Below are positions 40,301 to 54,370 of a stretch of DNA of 64,000 nucleotides, one piece after another; within the stretch, counting starts at the first letter, position 1; every line of letters starts with the position of its first letter. Location: contig JAQFVV010000002.1 of the NCBI GenBank assembly GCA_028023455.1, positions 11,656,001-11,720,000 of the forward strand. Reading direction: 5' to 3'. A program made the position numbers and the translations under genes. The notes beneath the pieces are model-generated. The model was given only the letters and a program-made list of their open reading frames with translations, was not told the DNA's origin and did no database searches. This stretch comes from Epiperipatus broadwayi (taxonomy: Eukaryota; Animalia; Onychophora).

Positions 40301-40406
40301 GCAATGTAGATTGTAAATGTAAATTAGTTGAAGCACACTGAAAAGAGCAAAAATTAATATTTGCTAAAAAGAGTTTTTTGGTGTATGATGATTATTATAT
40401 ATATAT

Positions 40407-40885
40407 CAGGGGTGGCCAGCTTTTGTGTTCATAAGATCTACTTTTTATTTTTAAAATGTGTTGTGATCGACCTGTTGTTATAGGTGATCGACTTGTTGTC
40501 ATAGGCATAGTCTAAGTGGAGGGAGGTATGAAATACATACTATTTTTATACATCTACTAGTAAAAAATAACAATTATTTAACGGGCCAAAAAACTCATGT
40601 CGAGGGAATTAAAACAACATGAGTAATTATTAAAAATATTTATTAATTCAAATTAACTACATTAAGTCAAGATTAAAAATATTATTTTCAGTAATGATAT
40701 GGCTTAGTGGACTTCACCTATCTAGAATTGAAAAAAATTTAGAACAAAAACAAAAATAACAAAAAAACTTGAAAATTTTGACTTAATTTGTTATCTGACA
40801 GCTCTTGCCAGATTGGCCCCGAGATCGACCAAAAATGGCTTTGCGATCAACCGGTGGATCATGATCGACTTGTTGGACACCCATG
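40407..40885. mobile_element. hAT-type MITE
   Basis: TIRs caggggtggccagc and gttggacacccatg; internal gatcgac repeats; imperfect 8-bp flanks atatatat / ctatataa. Confidence 0.75.
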
Positions 40886-41049
40886 CTATATAAACATATA
40901 TTATATTATATCATTGATTTATTTAAATAATTGCAATAATATGCAATTATCATCTTTAATGAAGAGAATGCTCACCCATGCTAACATAACAACTCTCCCT
41001 TAAAAATATATACTACTTATTGTTTACTAAATTGACTAATATTTATAAA

Positions 41050-41480
41050 GAATTCAGAGGCTTGTATTGATAATGTTGAGATTATTGTGAGCATCAAAAT
41101 AACTATAAATAGTTATATAATTACTCATTTAGAAAATTGTGTGTTACTGAAGTACAAAGTGACATATAGAACACAATAATATGGTAAACCTCACAAGAAT
41201 GAATTTATAAAATGGATCTATTGTAAATGATATCACTAATCCCATAAAAGTTGCATCAGAGTTCAGAAATATTTAGACTTCATTAATTATCCCTACTTTA
41301 TTGTAATATACAACCTGGGTAATTTAAGGAGGTTTAACAAACTCTAATGGATACTATCACCAAATTGTTTATAGAATATTTAAATTTAGTATATGATATA
41401 TTAGAATGAGAAGGTTCTTATAGTGCAATAATACAGCACCCACAAGCCAAATCTTATAACTAGTTTCAAATATGAGCCAA
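41050..41480 (+). pseudogene. Decayed PLE RT N-terminal remnant
   Basis: tatggtaaacctcacaagaat reads YGKPHKN, resembling PLE YGLPKIHK; short evidence only. Confidence 0.4.
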
Positions 41481-42459
41481 GTAAATTTGGAATTTTTTTT
41501 CTAATTCTAATTAAGATTGAGATTTTTATTTTACAAAACCAGTTTGTAGTCTACCCAATTAACTATTCAATATTGGTCAGTAATGGATGTCTAGATATTT
41601 TTAACTAGAGAATTAAATGATGATATAAAAATTCTCAAACAATCCCCTTCTAACCTCTCCCTCACAGATCCTTTATGCAGAATTGGTAAACAGACCTTTA
41701 ATACAGAGTGGGCTTTCTATATTATCAATATTAATAAACAATATCATTTGATTTCTTCATATCCCCCCCCTCCCCAAAAGCCCAAATTAAAAATTTCTGG
41801 CTTCTCTTATATTCTTAATCTTTGGAGTTTATACCTAAATAAATTTGCAGACAAATTTTAAAAAATTTCATCTGGGAAAACATGATCCAAATGAAATTGA
41901 TTGTCAATAGTTAAAAAGAAACCCACCCACCCCCACAGTATTAATTTTGATTATTTTGTACCATTTATTAATGATCATAATAATTTCCCTCTTTTGTACA
42001 CTACTTATATTTTCTAGAATTTTGCAGGGTATTTTTTTAATGTATACTTTGCTCAAATATTATTCCACTTTCTTATTTAATTTTCTCAATCATAACTCTT
42101 CTTTTAACTAACCAACTTAAATATCCATCCACCCCCTTTTAATTTTTCTTATTTTATCTAAGTCAGCATTTTTCAACTGTTTGCCTCATGATCTCATTAC
42201 AATAACCATTAGCTATTATACAATCTTCATAACAGTTACATAAAATAGATTGAAAACAATAATTACAAAAAGCGAAAAAAAAAAAAAAACCCACAACTAT
42301 TCAGATATTTTTGAGTATTTATATATATCAGTTTATCAATCTTTATACATTTATCAAATAAAAATATTAATTTCACTTATTGAATGTCTAATATGTTAAA
42401 TAATTACAATTATGCCCATTCAATAATTAATTACATCCCAAATGCACATATTGTTTTTA

Positions 42460-42640
42460 TATCTTCTCATTTACGTTTTTGCATTCCTTCATATATTCAT
42501 ATATATATATTACTTATAATCAATCTCCACATATACACTTTAATGCAAATTTTTTTATATAATTCCTTTAATTTCCTAACAGTTTTGACAGTCCTGCAGT
42601 CTTCATCAGAGCACTTGCAAAAAGATTTATATAAAAAAAT
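42460..42640 (-). mobile_element. Solo family C element with degenerate HHR (42574-42613)
   Basis: tgct CTGATGA a gactgcaggactgtc AAAA ctg TT; flank homologous to 62130-62280. Confidence 0.7.
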
Positions 42641-43889
42641 TTGAATGCAAATAGTAAAAAAAAAAAGTTTGAAGGATATACATACAGATTTATTGTTGTT
42701 TGTTTTGATTTTCTTTAGACAATTTATTTATTCTCACCTTAATTGATTTAGTAAATGAAAAAAAATTCTCACAATAGTTCAGTGAAGCTGTGGTAAATTT
42801 TGTATGAATGTAACTAATTCAATTATATGTTATTCAAAAAAATATAACAAAACAAAAAAAAAAATGTAAATAAACAAAAAAGAAAAACATTAAAATTAGT
42901 AAATTACTAAATTTTATGACCAGCAGCAATCATTTTTCTGTCTCAAAGCACTGCACAAGATCACATTTACTAATAATGCAGATTCAGATTATATGAGAAC
43001 ACATTTTATGATTCAGTTTTAATATTCTTTTTGAATTTTGACGTGGTATATTTAGTGTAATAAAATATTTTTCTCATGTGGTAAAGTGAAAATTAGCAGT
43101 TTAATGGTGGCAGAAAAAAAAATCTAAAACATTCTTGAATTGCACCAGAAAGCTTAAAGTTTGAAATGTCTGACAGAATTTAAAACGGATAATTTATAGA
43201 TGACTTTATAGATTCCAAAACTGATATAGATTTTAAAAAATGAAAACAATTGGGGAAGCTGTAGTCTGCTGATGAGACTGCAATAGCATTTCTATGAGGG
43301 AAAAAATTATTGAAGATAAAGAGTATCGTCCTGACTGTGTTTAATTGTGATAATAGTCTATCACCTCACTATTCATTTTATTTTAAAAAAAAATAAAGAT
43401 ATGATATAGTAATTATTTATTTTTTGACTAAATTTGAATGATTCAATGCACGTAATAAATGTATTTGTAAATTTACTTCCTCAATTTATTATTAATAACT
43501 ACTTTATCATTTAATTTCAATTTTGTTTATACTACAATCTTAATATATATATATGTATACAATACATTTAAAAAGGCATCTGTTATATAATTATGTAAAT
43601 GTTGAATAAAATATGTATTCTATTGAAATCAAACCTTGCCAACAACATTGAGCTATTATATATGATTTACAATGTATATCTAGGAAACATGGAATGAAAT
43701 ATAATGAATATCACGACTTCACTCTCTATATATGTGGAAGTTGATCTTTATGTTTAATTATAATATATAACATTTAACCATGTGTTAGAATATATTTGTA
43801 ATAACTTTAATATTTGTGTTAATATTAAAAATGCACACGCATATATAATTGGGCTATATATAGATAAATCAAATCAAATAAATAAATAA

Positions 43890-44450
43890 CGAATTTTATT
43901 GATTTCTTCTAGCAATTTCAAAGGTGTAACCTTCATTTTCAAGAAGTACAATATTTCTTCATTTTCACGAAGTGCAAATTTGCAAGATAGGACAAATTAA
44001 ATATGCAAATATGGGTAGGAAAATTTAAACTTGCCACTTCTTAGATATGGCGTAAAACAGCTCTCTTTTATTCGTGTGCACATCCGATATTATATAGCAT
44101 GCCTCTTTCACTTTCCTATGCAATTCATGCCGCTCTCTGCACATAACCCGAGGCTTATCTGGCCTGCACTGGTGGCCCATAGCAACAGCGTGCTGTACAA
44201 AAATAGAGTGGGATGGGTTGACAGAGGCCTTATTATATGCATATACATGCTGGGCCAGTCTTGTCTGGATAGATGTCCTCATTTCCCCATAATATGCTGC
44301 CGGGCAATTGTTATTGCTACACGCAATCTTGTAAACCACTTGTTGGGCGTGTATTGGGGGAATGTAGTCCTTAGTATTATTCATACTTCTGTTGAGATTA
44401 GGAGGTGATCAATAACACACACTAAAATCGGTGCTAAATATTGTATGCAA
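43890..44450 (-). pseudogene. Penelope-like 3' fragment (GIY-YIG plus pseudo-LTR)
   Basis: ORF 44025-44384 VVYKIACSNNNCPAAYYGE...TRLAQH...H..AMGH...KVKEA. Confidence 0.88.
43897..43953 (-). ncRNA. Putative variant hammerhead, family E (U3-A8 core)
   Basis: cttc TTGAAAA t gaaggt-tac-accttt GAAA ttgc TA gaag, about 80 nt after the GIY-YIG stop; stem I extension tattg/caata. Confidence 0.5.
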
Positions 44451-45099
44451 GTCTCTATGAATATTTTTAATGTATGGCAGTAAAATACAGGGTTTATTCT
44501 GTTTCAGTTCAGGATGTAGATCAATATAAAGCAATTCTTGATATATAATGTAGATCTCACTTAGATCCTTACATTTCTTATTGTAAATACATGATTATTT
44601 ACTAAATATTAATTAACTATGACAAATTTCTCAAAATTTCCAATCAGAAGCAGCTCCATTTTAATGATCCCAAATTATTTAATTTGTTTATGCAAGAATA
44701 TTTTTTGAATGTAACTAACACCAATCATAGACTTTTAAAAAATGTTTATGCCACTAGCTGTATTCCACTAAATAATATTTTAGGTTTTTTTTATATAGTA
44801 TGTTTCACATTTTATCTTCTTTATTTAAAACTCCTCATTCATTATTTGTCTTGTATGAAGTTTATATTATAGCATTATTTACTTGTTTTTTATTGAATAA
44901 TACATTTATTATGATTAACTGAATTTTATTTAACGTGCAAGATAAGAAATAATAGTCAATTACAGAATACACATTCTAAAAAAACCTACAATAATTATAA
45001 TTAATTTGATGAAAGTGGTATGGAGAAAAGAAAGGAAAAGAGAAAATTTAACAAGAAAGCAATCAGAGATGTATGGGTAATGGAATTACAAGTCCCATT

Positions 45100-45540
45100 T
45101 TAATTTTAGAGTTTTGCTGAAAATTCCTAATGCGAGTGCTGATCCTATAAAATATGGTAGAAAACCTGAGGGCATCTGAACAACACATAATTTGATTTAA
45201 ATAATTGAGTTACCTGATATAGTATTAAAAGAGATGGGAAGATATATTTGAATGCAAATCTGAGGCAATTGTAAATTGAGAGAAATGTTAAAACAGTTAT
45301 TAAAGTGATTATATTTAGAGTATCTAACAAGCCCAGATTGAATTTTGGGAATATTTCTCTTAGTATGTGGGTTCCAGAAAACTAAACCAAATTTTAAGAT
45401 CAGAAGAATCAATGAGGGAAATGTTTATATTAAATTGACTAATTATTTTTTTTATGAACTATATATGGTCCTCATGATTTTAAAAGCCCTATTTACTATG
45501 GCATTAATACAGAGATGGGAAGAAGACATTACTAGATAAA
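45100..45540 (-). pseudogene. CR1/L2-type LINE RT C-terminal fragment
   Basis: HLCINAIVNRAFKIM...LILKFGLVFWNPHTKRNIPKIQ resembles HI..I..KA...LEY.S.VW.P...I..IE. Confidence 0.65.
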
Positions 45541-45577
45541 ATAATTTAAATATCTTTCTGACTATTTTTAGAAGTGA

Positions 45578-45680
45578 TTTTTTTTCTCATGGGTCATAGC
45601 ATCAGCCAGGAAGCGAACCCGCCAATCGGAACAACCACTTGTAAAGCAGCTGTCGCTGACCTCTCGACCACCAATGCTTG
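45578..45680 (-). mobile_element. Short tRNA-Gly-derived SINE
   Basis: Near-identical to 54265-54370. Confidence 0.85.
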
Positions 45681-45734
45681 GCATAAAGTCATAGAATAGG
45701 AGTATTGTAAAATTTCAATTTTTTTTTGAATAGG

Positions 45735-46370
45735 ACTTATCAATCATTTACTAAACTAGAGATTGTCTCTAGCACAAATATAAACTTTAAAACTCAATTA
45801 AAGATTAATATATCTGATTTTTTAAAATTAAACAGACAAACACATGGAGTTTTTCACATTTCTTTTTCCTATATGTAATATCTTTATGTAAATAACCTCA
45901 ATATTAGTAAATGATTAATAAGAGTCATTACTATATTTATCTAAAGTGGATGATGTCAAAGATGTGGGTTGAGTTGATTTGCCACTTGTAATTCAAAATG
46001 TAATTATTTAATATAGGGAATGATGAACCAACTGATGAGTGCTGGTTCAGCATGAAATCCATGTTGGGGGTCATTTGTCTTTTATTGTATCTTTATTTAT
46101 ATGAATTTAAAAGAATATGTGATAATATTGAGGTTATTTAATATATTTCTAAAGAAATTACACGTGGAAAAAGAAATGTGAATAACTCTATGTGTTTAAT
46201 TTTAAAAAATCTGATATATTAATGTTTAATTGATTTTTAAAGTTTATGTCTGTGCTAGAGACAATCTCTAGTTTAGTAAATGATTAATAGTAGTCATTAC
46301 TATATTTATCTAAAGATGGGTTGAGTCAATTTGACACTTATAATTCAAAATGTAATTACTAATAATTTTA
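45735..46370. mobile_element. Family B element: inverted segment plus about 1.3 sense monomers (period about 368 bp)
   Basis: ttagtaaatgattaata at 45905 and 46273; 45735-45900 is the reverse complement of 46110-46290. HHR at 46028-46067 has a mutated stem III and an AUG triplet, so is likely inactive. Confidence 0.85.
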
Positions 46371-46436
46371 CAATCACTAGTATAACAGAGAAAATGAAAA
46401 TATTTTATACTATTCCCCAAGATCATTCATATATAT

Positions 46437-46593
46437 ATAGTCATAATAAAAAATAATAAATATAATGGTAATAAACTATTATAAACAGTCTTTCAATCTG
46501 CAGAAGTATTTTTGGTTAAGAAATTAACAGGATTGAAAGACTGTTTATAATAGTTTATTACAGTTATATTTATTATTTTTATTATGATTACAA
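46437..46593. mobile_element. MITE-like palindrome with about 63-bp arms
   Basis: ataaactattataaacagtctttcaatc / gattgaaagactgtttataatagtttat, extending outward. Confidence 0.75.
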
Positions 46594-46999
46594 TTTTGTT
46601 CTAATTAATGGACATTTTATTTATATATGTACACATATACAACAATAATGGGACAAGACTGTCTTAGGGTATTTCAGCTGAGCAAATAAAAGCAGTTCTG
46701 TGATGTATAAATGTTTCAAACCATTTAATTAGAGATTTTGAAAGAGATAAATTATATAAATTTAGATAAAAGAATATTATGATCAATTTTGTCAAAGTTT
46801 TAGATGTGATAAAATAAATATCATGCCTTCTGATCAGAGATGATAAAGAGATTAATTTCAATTGATTTATTGACTAAAAAATATGTTAATAGTGGGGAGG
46901 GGAATAAAAGTTTGTTAATATATAAAATAATTTTGTCATAAATACATCAGCAGTCAATTCTTTCAATGATGCATAAAACACAAATAGATCTGCAGTTGC

Positions 47000-49900
47000 A
47001 AGCTAAGTTTTTAAAGCCATTTTTATAAATAGGAAAATCCTATGCCATTTTCAAGTTTATGGGGAAGTTGCCATTTCTTATAGAATAGTCAAAAATATAA
47101 TAGACAGAAGATGTAATAAATGTAGAACATCTTTTATATATAAAAGGGACTAATATTCTCTGGATTTAAACTCTAGTTCAATATGAACTTTTTATTGGAA
47201 GACAAATAAATTATTATTCTATCTGTAAAAGAAATATTGGAAGTACTAGATAAAGAATGATTGATTGGATTGGCAATCTCACAAAGTATTTGGCAAAATT
47301 GTCAGCCTCCAAAGTAGCATTAGTATTATGTTGTATTTTCCTTTTGGTTAGACCAAAATTTTTAATTAGAGATCAGAATTTTGGAGGGTTATTTGAAATA
47401 TTTAATTCTATATTTAGTATACTTTTTTTATAATATACTTTGCAAATAATTTTGAATAATAAAATTAATAAAATTATTATAAAAAATATATATATATATA
47501 TTGTCTTGGGGTACTGTTTGTGATGATATAAAGATATTTAATAATTTCTTTGAGAGTTACTGAGAATCATGGAGGAAAATAATTATTTGAGATAATTTTT
47601 GTTAGAATATAAGAATCTAATAAATAATTATTCATGCTCATAATAAATTTGATACTAAAATTAACATCAGAAAAATTGTAGATAGAATTTCAATCATATT
47701 TAGAGAGGTTCAAATATAGATCCAAATAATCACTTCTTTTTAATTGTTCTAGTAAATCAAAAAAGAATAAGCCTAGAATAGAACATTTTTACATGACATT
47801 TGATTGGGAATAATAGAGTTTTCTCTAAAAGAGTTAAGATATAGAATAACAATTAACATTGGAAATATTACTAAAAATGTAGTTCAGTAATCAGAGGCTA
47901 TAGTTGATAGTAGGATTAAACTGTTTAAATAAATTAATAAACTACAACATTTGGGAAGTCTTTGAAAATAGAGTTAGAGAGATAGTGTTACTAAATTGTA
48001 GATTGAGAATGTTAAAATCTCCAGTAATAATGATGGGATTCATATGAAATTTAATAAAAAATCTTCAAAAGAACATAATAGCTCATTTAATTCAGACAAG
48101 GAAGTATTAGATTTTATGTATATATTATCTAAAAGAATATTGTAACTATTATTTGATATTACTTCACATCTGGTAGACATGCATAAGGGAGAAACATAGA
48201 TATGGATTTACATGTTTAATACTGTTTAATTGTAAATAAGTGTGCTACCTATATCTATTAGCTAATCACATTTGGCTCAATATTATTTGTAAGTCATATT
48301 TCAGACAAAAATATAAAATCAAAAATTTTCTGATTGGGAAAAATGTAATTGAAATCATTCCTCAAATATTAGCATAAAAACAGGTAAAGTTATTCTTAAT
48401 GATATTTCAAAGTAAAAAAAAAAATTAGAACTTAAATATAAAAAAGAAAAGGATGTGTGGAGTAGGTATAAATAATAATTGGAAAAAAAATGGAACAGAA
48501 AATATTTTAAAAAAAATTGTAAAAAAGCTAAAAAGATAAAAATTATGCTGGATGTGCTAATGTATTGAATGAAGCATGATGAAAAGAGATATTTCATATA
48601 CTGTGAGAACAAAGATTATGGAAAAAGACTATGGATGAGGTAATAGAAACATAAAGGCTGAAAGATTTGATGTTATTAATATTTATTTTATAACCTATAA
48701 TTGCTGTTTTTAAATTATTCTCCTATATTTATTTCATGTTAAATAATTAAATATTTGAAAGCAAATTGGAGTTTAAATATCTCTTACGTTTCTTTCTAAT
48801 ATTAGATAAAATCATTTTACATTTAGAGGTTATTAAGAGATCAAGAATGATAATTTTTATGAGATTTGGTAAAATGAAAATAAGTTTTGTCTGAATATCT
48901 CTGTTTATGCCATGATGGCAGGAGATCATAGCATTTTAAGACAATGTCAGAGTTAATATGAAGATTTGACATGGAAGCAAAACGTATATTTAAGAATTTC
49001 TTTATAGTTGTGATTTATATTGTTCAAAATGTGGATAGGCTAATTGGATTTTATTGATCTGTTTACATATTTTGATTTTGAAAAAATATAGAGTAAATTT
49101 TATCAGTATAAAACTTTTTAGTGAAATAAAATATTGGAATGCGCTGATCAATATTCTGATGAAGCAAGTGAGCATTTAGACTAAGGATGATAATCACCCC
49201 AAAAATTCTGTATATACTTTTTTGATTGAATTGGGTGAGAATAATTTCCTAATATATTTTCAAAATAAAAGCAAGTTTTATTTGTGATGAAGAATTAGAT
49301 CTAGATAAAGTCTTATGTTTTATCTTTTTGGCAATATGAATAAGAATTATATTTTCTTTAGAGATAAAATGGGTAAGTATACTGTCCTCAGTTATATCAA
49401 TGAGAGAATGAGTATGAATTGGAGCATTACTTTAAGCTTATATATGATTTGGTAATCTATTAAGTGCATCATTAAAAGCATTATTACAATCAATTCCAGT
49501 GAGAATAGGAATATTATTTCTAATACAATTAGTATCTGTCAAAATACTTCCTTGATCACCTTCAATGAGATGAGATAATCAGTACGAATATATTTATTGG
49601 ATATTAGAATGGTACATTGAATATCATAATCTTTACATAAAACACTGTTGTTAGTTCTCAGTGGAAAAGAAATATCAAGACTTTTACATGCTAGGATATT
49701 GCAATTAAAATTTTATATACGTAAATAAGTGGAATAGATTGTAAAATATCTATAGTAAATTCAAAGAGATGTTGGGAAACTTTGGCAATAATAAGATTGA
49801 AATTGCTGCAATTATTGTGAGAAAAAGAATTGTCCTTTAAATCCAATAAGTGTAATTTAATCTACAGAAAGATGAATATCAATAACAACTTGAGAATTAA

Positions 49901-50500
49901 TTGTCAATTGATTATTATCCAACAGGGACTATTAGATATATTTTGCTCTTCAGTAATTGAAATGTTATTATAGTATAAGTATTTATATGAATCCAATCCT
50001 ACTGTGCAGAATATATTAGCATCCATTTCATTTAGCTTCAAACAAGTGAGATGAAAATAACTTTGACAATTACTATAATATCTGAGACATGGAAAAAGAT
50101 TCACAAATATTACAAACAAAGGTTGCATGAATTTGCATAAAAAAAAAAAAACAAGATCTGAAAAGAAAATGTATGTTAAAGAATTTTTTTTAAAATTTTT
50201 TTTAATGAATTTGAGTGTAATAAAAAAAGAAGAATTTAGATTTAAGTGATTAAACGGTTCATCCACAATAGAGTGACCCATAGTAGTGTCAAGAAGAGTG
50301 TTAGTTGTATGAAAATCATCAGAAGTTGAAAGAGAATAGAAAGAGTTATTTAGTGAAAAAGCACATTATCCATAGTAGATGTTTTAATATTTACTGATGA
50401 AGTCATTAGCAAAAGAGAATTCATCAATAATGTAATTTATTAATTTGTTGATTCTAAAGAATAATTAAATAGAAGAAACCAGACCATTTTAGAAAGTTTT
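47000..50500 (-). pseudogene. Decayed CR1-like LINE with N-terminal PHD finger
   Basis: NCQSYFHLTCLKL (PHD-like) in ORF 49904-50281; EADNFAKYF near 47290; otherwise many stops. Confidence 0.5.
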
Positions 50501-52089
50501 GTCTGCTAAAAATATCACAAAGACAATGTACAGTGAATAGAGAATGTAGCTATGAATGTTAGTGGAAGCAGAGAGAGATATGTAGATATAAATATAAGTT
50601 TAGGAAATCAGCATGGAAGGTAAACTTTATTGAAACATAAGTTTAAAATAATAGTTAGAATATAAAAAAAAAACAAATTGTTATAATATACCAATAATTA
50701 TAATGCAATAATGAGAATAAATAAATAAATTAATTAAATAAAGGAAAACAATAGATGCAAAAATTAACAAACATAAACATAAAATGTCCTAAATCTCAGG
50801 TAAAATATCAGTTAAACCCATATAATTATACTGATAGGAAAAAAACAAAAACAATTTGTACAGAAATAGGTAATCGTAATAAAAAATTTCTATTCAATAA
50901 GAAATCCAGATCAGTTAAAAATATATACTGATAATAATGATGAAAATAATATTCATTTTTATCCTTTCACCTCTATCTACTTGCATATTATGATCTGATT
51001 TTTTATTAATTATTATTAATGCTTATTTGCACATTCCAAACACATGACTATGAATATTAGAAAATCACACAACTATGCAGTGTTTGCAGAAATATGAAAT
51101 GTGAAACTGATCATTAATTATAATTTCTAGATATTTAAAATCATGATACATAAAAATAAAGTGGTGAAAGATTAAAAGATTAAGATTATCATATACATTT
51201 ATAATGAATATTATAAAACAAAAATTCATATAACTCTACAGTACTAGCCAAAAACCAATTTTTACTAAAATTTTATCACAATCCTGATTTCATCTATTAA
51301 CAAATAGACCATTTCAAGTTAATAGATGAGACCATGGTTGTGGAAGAATTTTGTTTTTGGATAGTATTGTAGTGTTAATATGAATTTCTGTTTTATTTAT
51401 AATTAATAGTATAGTGTAATGTTAGGCAGTATTTAATGTATATTATAGATATATTTTAATTAAATTAAATTTTTAAGTCTGTGTATGAAATTAAATCAAA
51501 TATAATAATTTCTAGCTTAATAAAAATGACTAATACTTATTTACTTATTGACTAAAATATAATTTTTGAATATAAGTGATAAATATGTACACATCTATAA
51601 ATACAAAATAATGGCATGATATTAAAAAAGTATAGTAACAAAGAGACATGACTGGTCAAAATGCATCATAGATATCATTAGAATGTCCCCCCAGCAGCTA
51701 ATATGTTTATAATATAACAGTGAGCATAATATGTAATGTTCAATAATTTATATATTTTTCTATAGTTACTAGTATTACCTCAGCACATATTATATATAAA
51801 ACACCAAACTATTGTTTTAAGTAGAAATCTTTTTACTTTAGTGTATTTTCTCAGATGATTCTAATGTAGTTGACCTTTGAAAAACTAGATCTTCTAATGC
51901 ACATCTAATTGTGAAAGGAAAAAAGGAAGGGAAAGGGGAACTGTAATTTTCTTTTTGAAGCTTAGAGAGAAGTATTACAATGTCCTTTGTAAGTGTTATG
52001 CTTAAATTTTATTGATAGCATTCTTCTTTTTTTTTTTAAAAGTGAGAAATATTTGAATAGACAAATTCTAAGGCAGTATTATACTGAAT

Positions 52090-52520
52090 GTTTCCTATAA
52101 ATATAGAGGGATTTGAACTCAGGATTTTTAGTCTATTCATTCTCCATTCTATCTTTAGTAACTGATAAACATGACCACACACGTGAAAAAAATATACATG
52201 ATCCCCAATATAAGTATTTCATGCAGAACCATGATGGGTCAGATCATAATCTCCCACACATATATACAATTAGTGCTTGGTTTATGTTAAGATAGCAATT
52301 CCTCAAACTTTAATGGACAGGCTTCAATCTTCTAACACTTTAAACTATTCAACTATACATTTCATTGAAAAATTGACAATGGAAAGCTTAAAACCGTTGA
52401 AGATTTGATATTATAGTCATACTCATGTAGACATTCCATCAATCTAACCCGTCATATTATCAGACATTATGTATCCATATATATATTAATAGGAGAGAGA
52501 TGGTCTGAACTTATACTAAG
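52090..52520 (-). mobile_element. Old family A copy, HHR core deleted
   Basis: ctttaatggacaggcttcaatc, ttaagatagcaat and gagttcaaatccc are conserved; gaaatacttatattgg is retained. Confidence 0.75.
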
Positions 52521-54264
52521 AAGTAATTTATTTCCCAAGCAATATGCAATTCCAAGGCAGTATGTCATTTGTCTATACTGAATTTTCCTATATATGTAAA
52601 TAGAGGGATTTGATCTGAAAATTCAGAGTTCAAATCTCTCTATTTGGATAGACAAAGTAATTATACTAAAAAATTCAACCTTAAAAATAGTTTCGTTTAA
52701 AATAATGATTCTAAGTTTTAAAGCGGAATGCTTTAATGCAGAGATAAAGTGGAAGTCCTGAGACCCAAGGACCTGTAGTTCATGGGTCCAGTTACCAGTT
52801 TCAGATCTCAAACTTTTTATAAACACCCAAACAATATATTAATCATTCAATTATAGTGACAGAGAGGTGAACTCTGAAGCTCCCGTTCGTGAATCATGAT
52901 TTCAGCTGTCAATTCTAGTGCTCATATTTCTTATGATACCAAGGTAATAAATTGTTCAATTATTCTTTTAGTTTGCATGGTTACCGTTTGGTGCACTGCT
53001 AGAGGAAAGATTCTGGGACTCAATGTCCATAGACTATGCTCTGTCACTCTAGTGTTCAAACATCTCCCAAGCAATAAACTAGTCGTTTATTATTATTAAC
53101 TTTAAAATAAAAAGTATTAAAATTATTTTTTTAGTTTCAAATTTGAAATTAGAAAAAAATAAAAATTATATTTATATGTGTGTTTCTATATATAATATAA
53201 AATATTTTTATCCTTCAGCTATTACTTTCAAATCAAACTGTATCTTTTTTTTTTTACAATTCGTTTGATCGCATTTTATAAAAATAAAAACAATAGCTAC
53301 GAGATATGTTTTTCAACTTTTCCATTGCTAGTAAAAAAAAAAAAAGATCAAAAATTCATTTAAAAAAAAAAGATAAAAGTGGTACTGATATATAAATTTT
53401 AAGCAAAATGTAATTCAAAACAATTTTAATATGAAAGTATGTATAAAAAAACTCAAATATATTTAAAGTAAATCAAGTAATTTAAATTAAATACCTTATT
53501 CCTTCTATTATAATATAAATTGAATTATTTAGAAAAAAATAATACAATATTCCTTAACTATTTGGTTTATTGGAAAGTTTGTGTCATTGTTCTTTTTTTG
53601 TTTTTATTAAGAAAATCGTAGCCGTAGGCTTGCTAACTTTAATTTCAAACAGATTCTTATAATTGTTTCTAATTGGCTTTCTTCAGGCATGAAACATGAC
53701 ATGCGTCCAAAGGTAATGGTTTAAAAATTTGAAACCCCTTAAGAGTTTCAATACCACTCTTTGTTGTGTACCTATATAAATGTGATATTATTTTCACAGT
53801 TATGTGTTTTAGTCAATTCAGTTAACAGCAAATTACTAGCTGCAGCCATATACACATAAGGGTTTAAATCCATGTAACACCATAAGTTAAAAGTAAAAGA
53901 AATCATTTTATTTCTAAGCACCCCCCCTCCCAAAAAAAACTTGTGGACTACTAAAACAAATTGTTTACCATCTTAAAAATTGGCCATAAAAAATTTCTTC
54001 AAATAATTATGTAGAAATAGCTCCAAACATTCCTTTCTTTACATATATATATACATTTTCCAGTTTTAATCAATACATCCTTCATTTCAACTCTATCCTA
54101 TTGCAATCAGTCATAAGCACAGAAAGTCAGATCGTTATCTCTCACAAAGAATGTATTTTGGAACGACTACACTTTTCCGTTATGTTAAACATAAGCACTC
54201 TCATATATATTAGATATACTGTATTTAAAAATTCCATTTTGTCACACATTAATAAAGACATTTG

Positions 54265-54370
54265 TCAAGCATTGGTGGTCGAGAGGTCAGCGACAGCTGC
54301 TTTACAAGCAGTTGTCCCGGGTTAGCGGGTTCGCTTCCCGGCTGATGCTATGACACATGGGGTAAAAAAA
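54265..54370 (+). mobile_element. Short tRNA-Gly-derived SINE with 14-bp TSD
   Basis: TSD aataaagacatttg at 54251-54264 and 54371-54384; A tail. Confidence 0.9.

Noticed and set aside
40335-40385. HHR-like relic after the 39630 GIY-YIG (ctgaaaa, agcaaa/tttgct stem, aaaa)
   Set aside because: The position fits a PLE LTR, but G8 and G12 are both changed without compensation and stem I is poor; too degenerate to call.
43265-43300. CTGATGA followed by a small hairpin
   Set aside because: No downstream GAAA or stem III.
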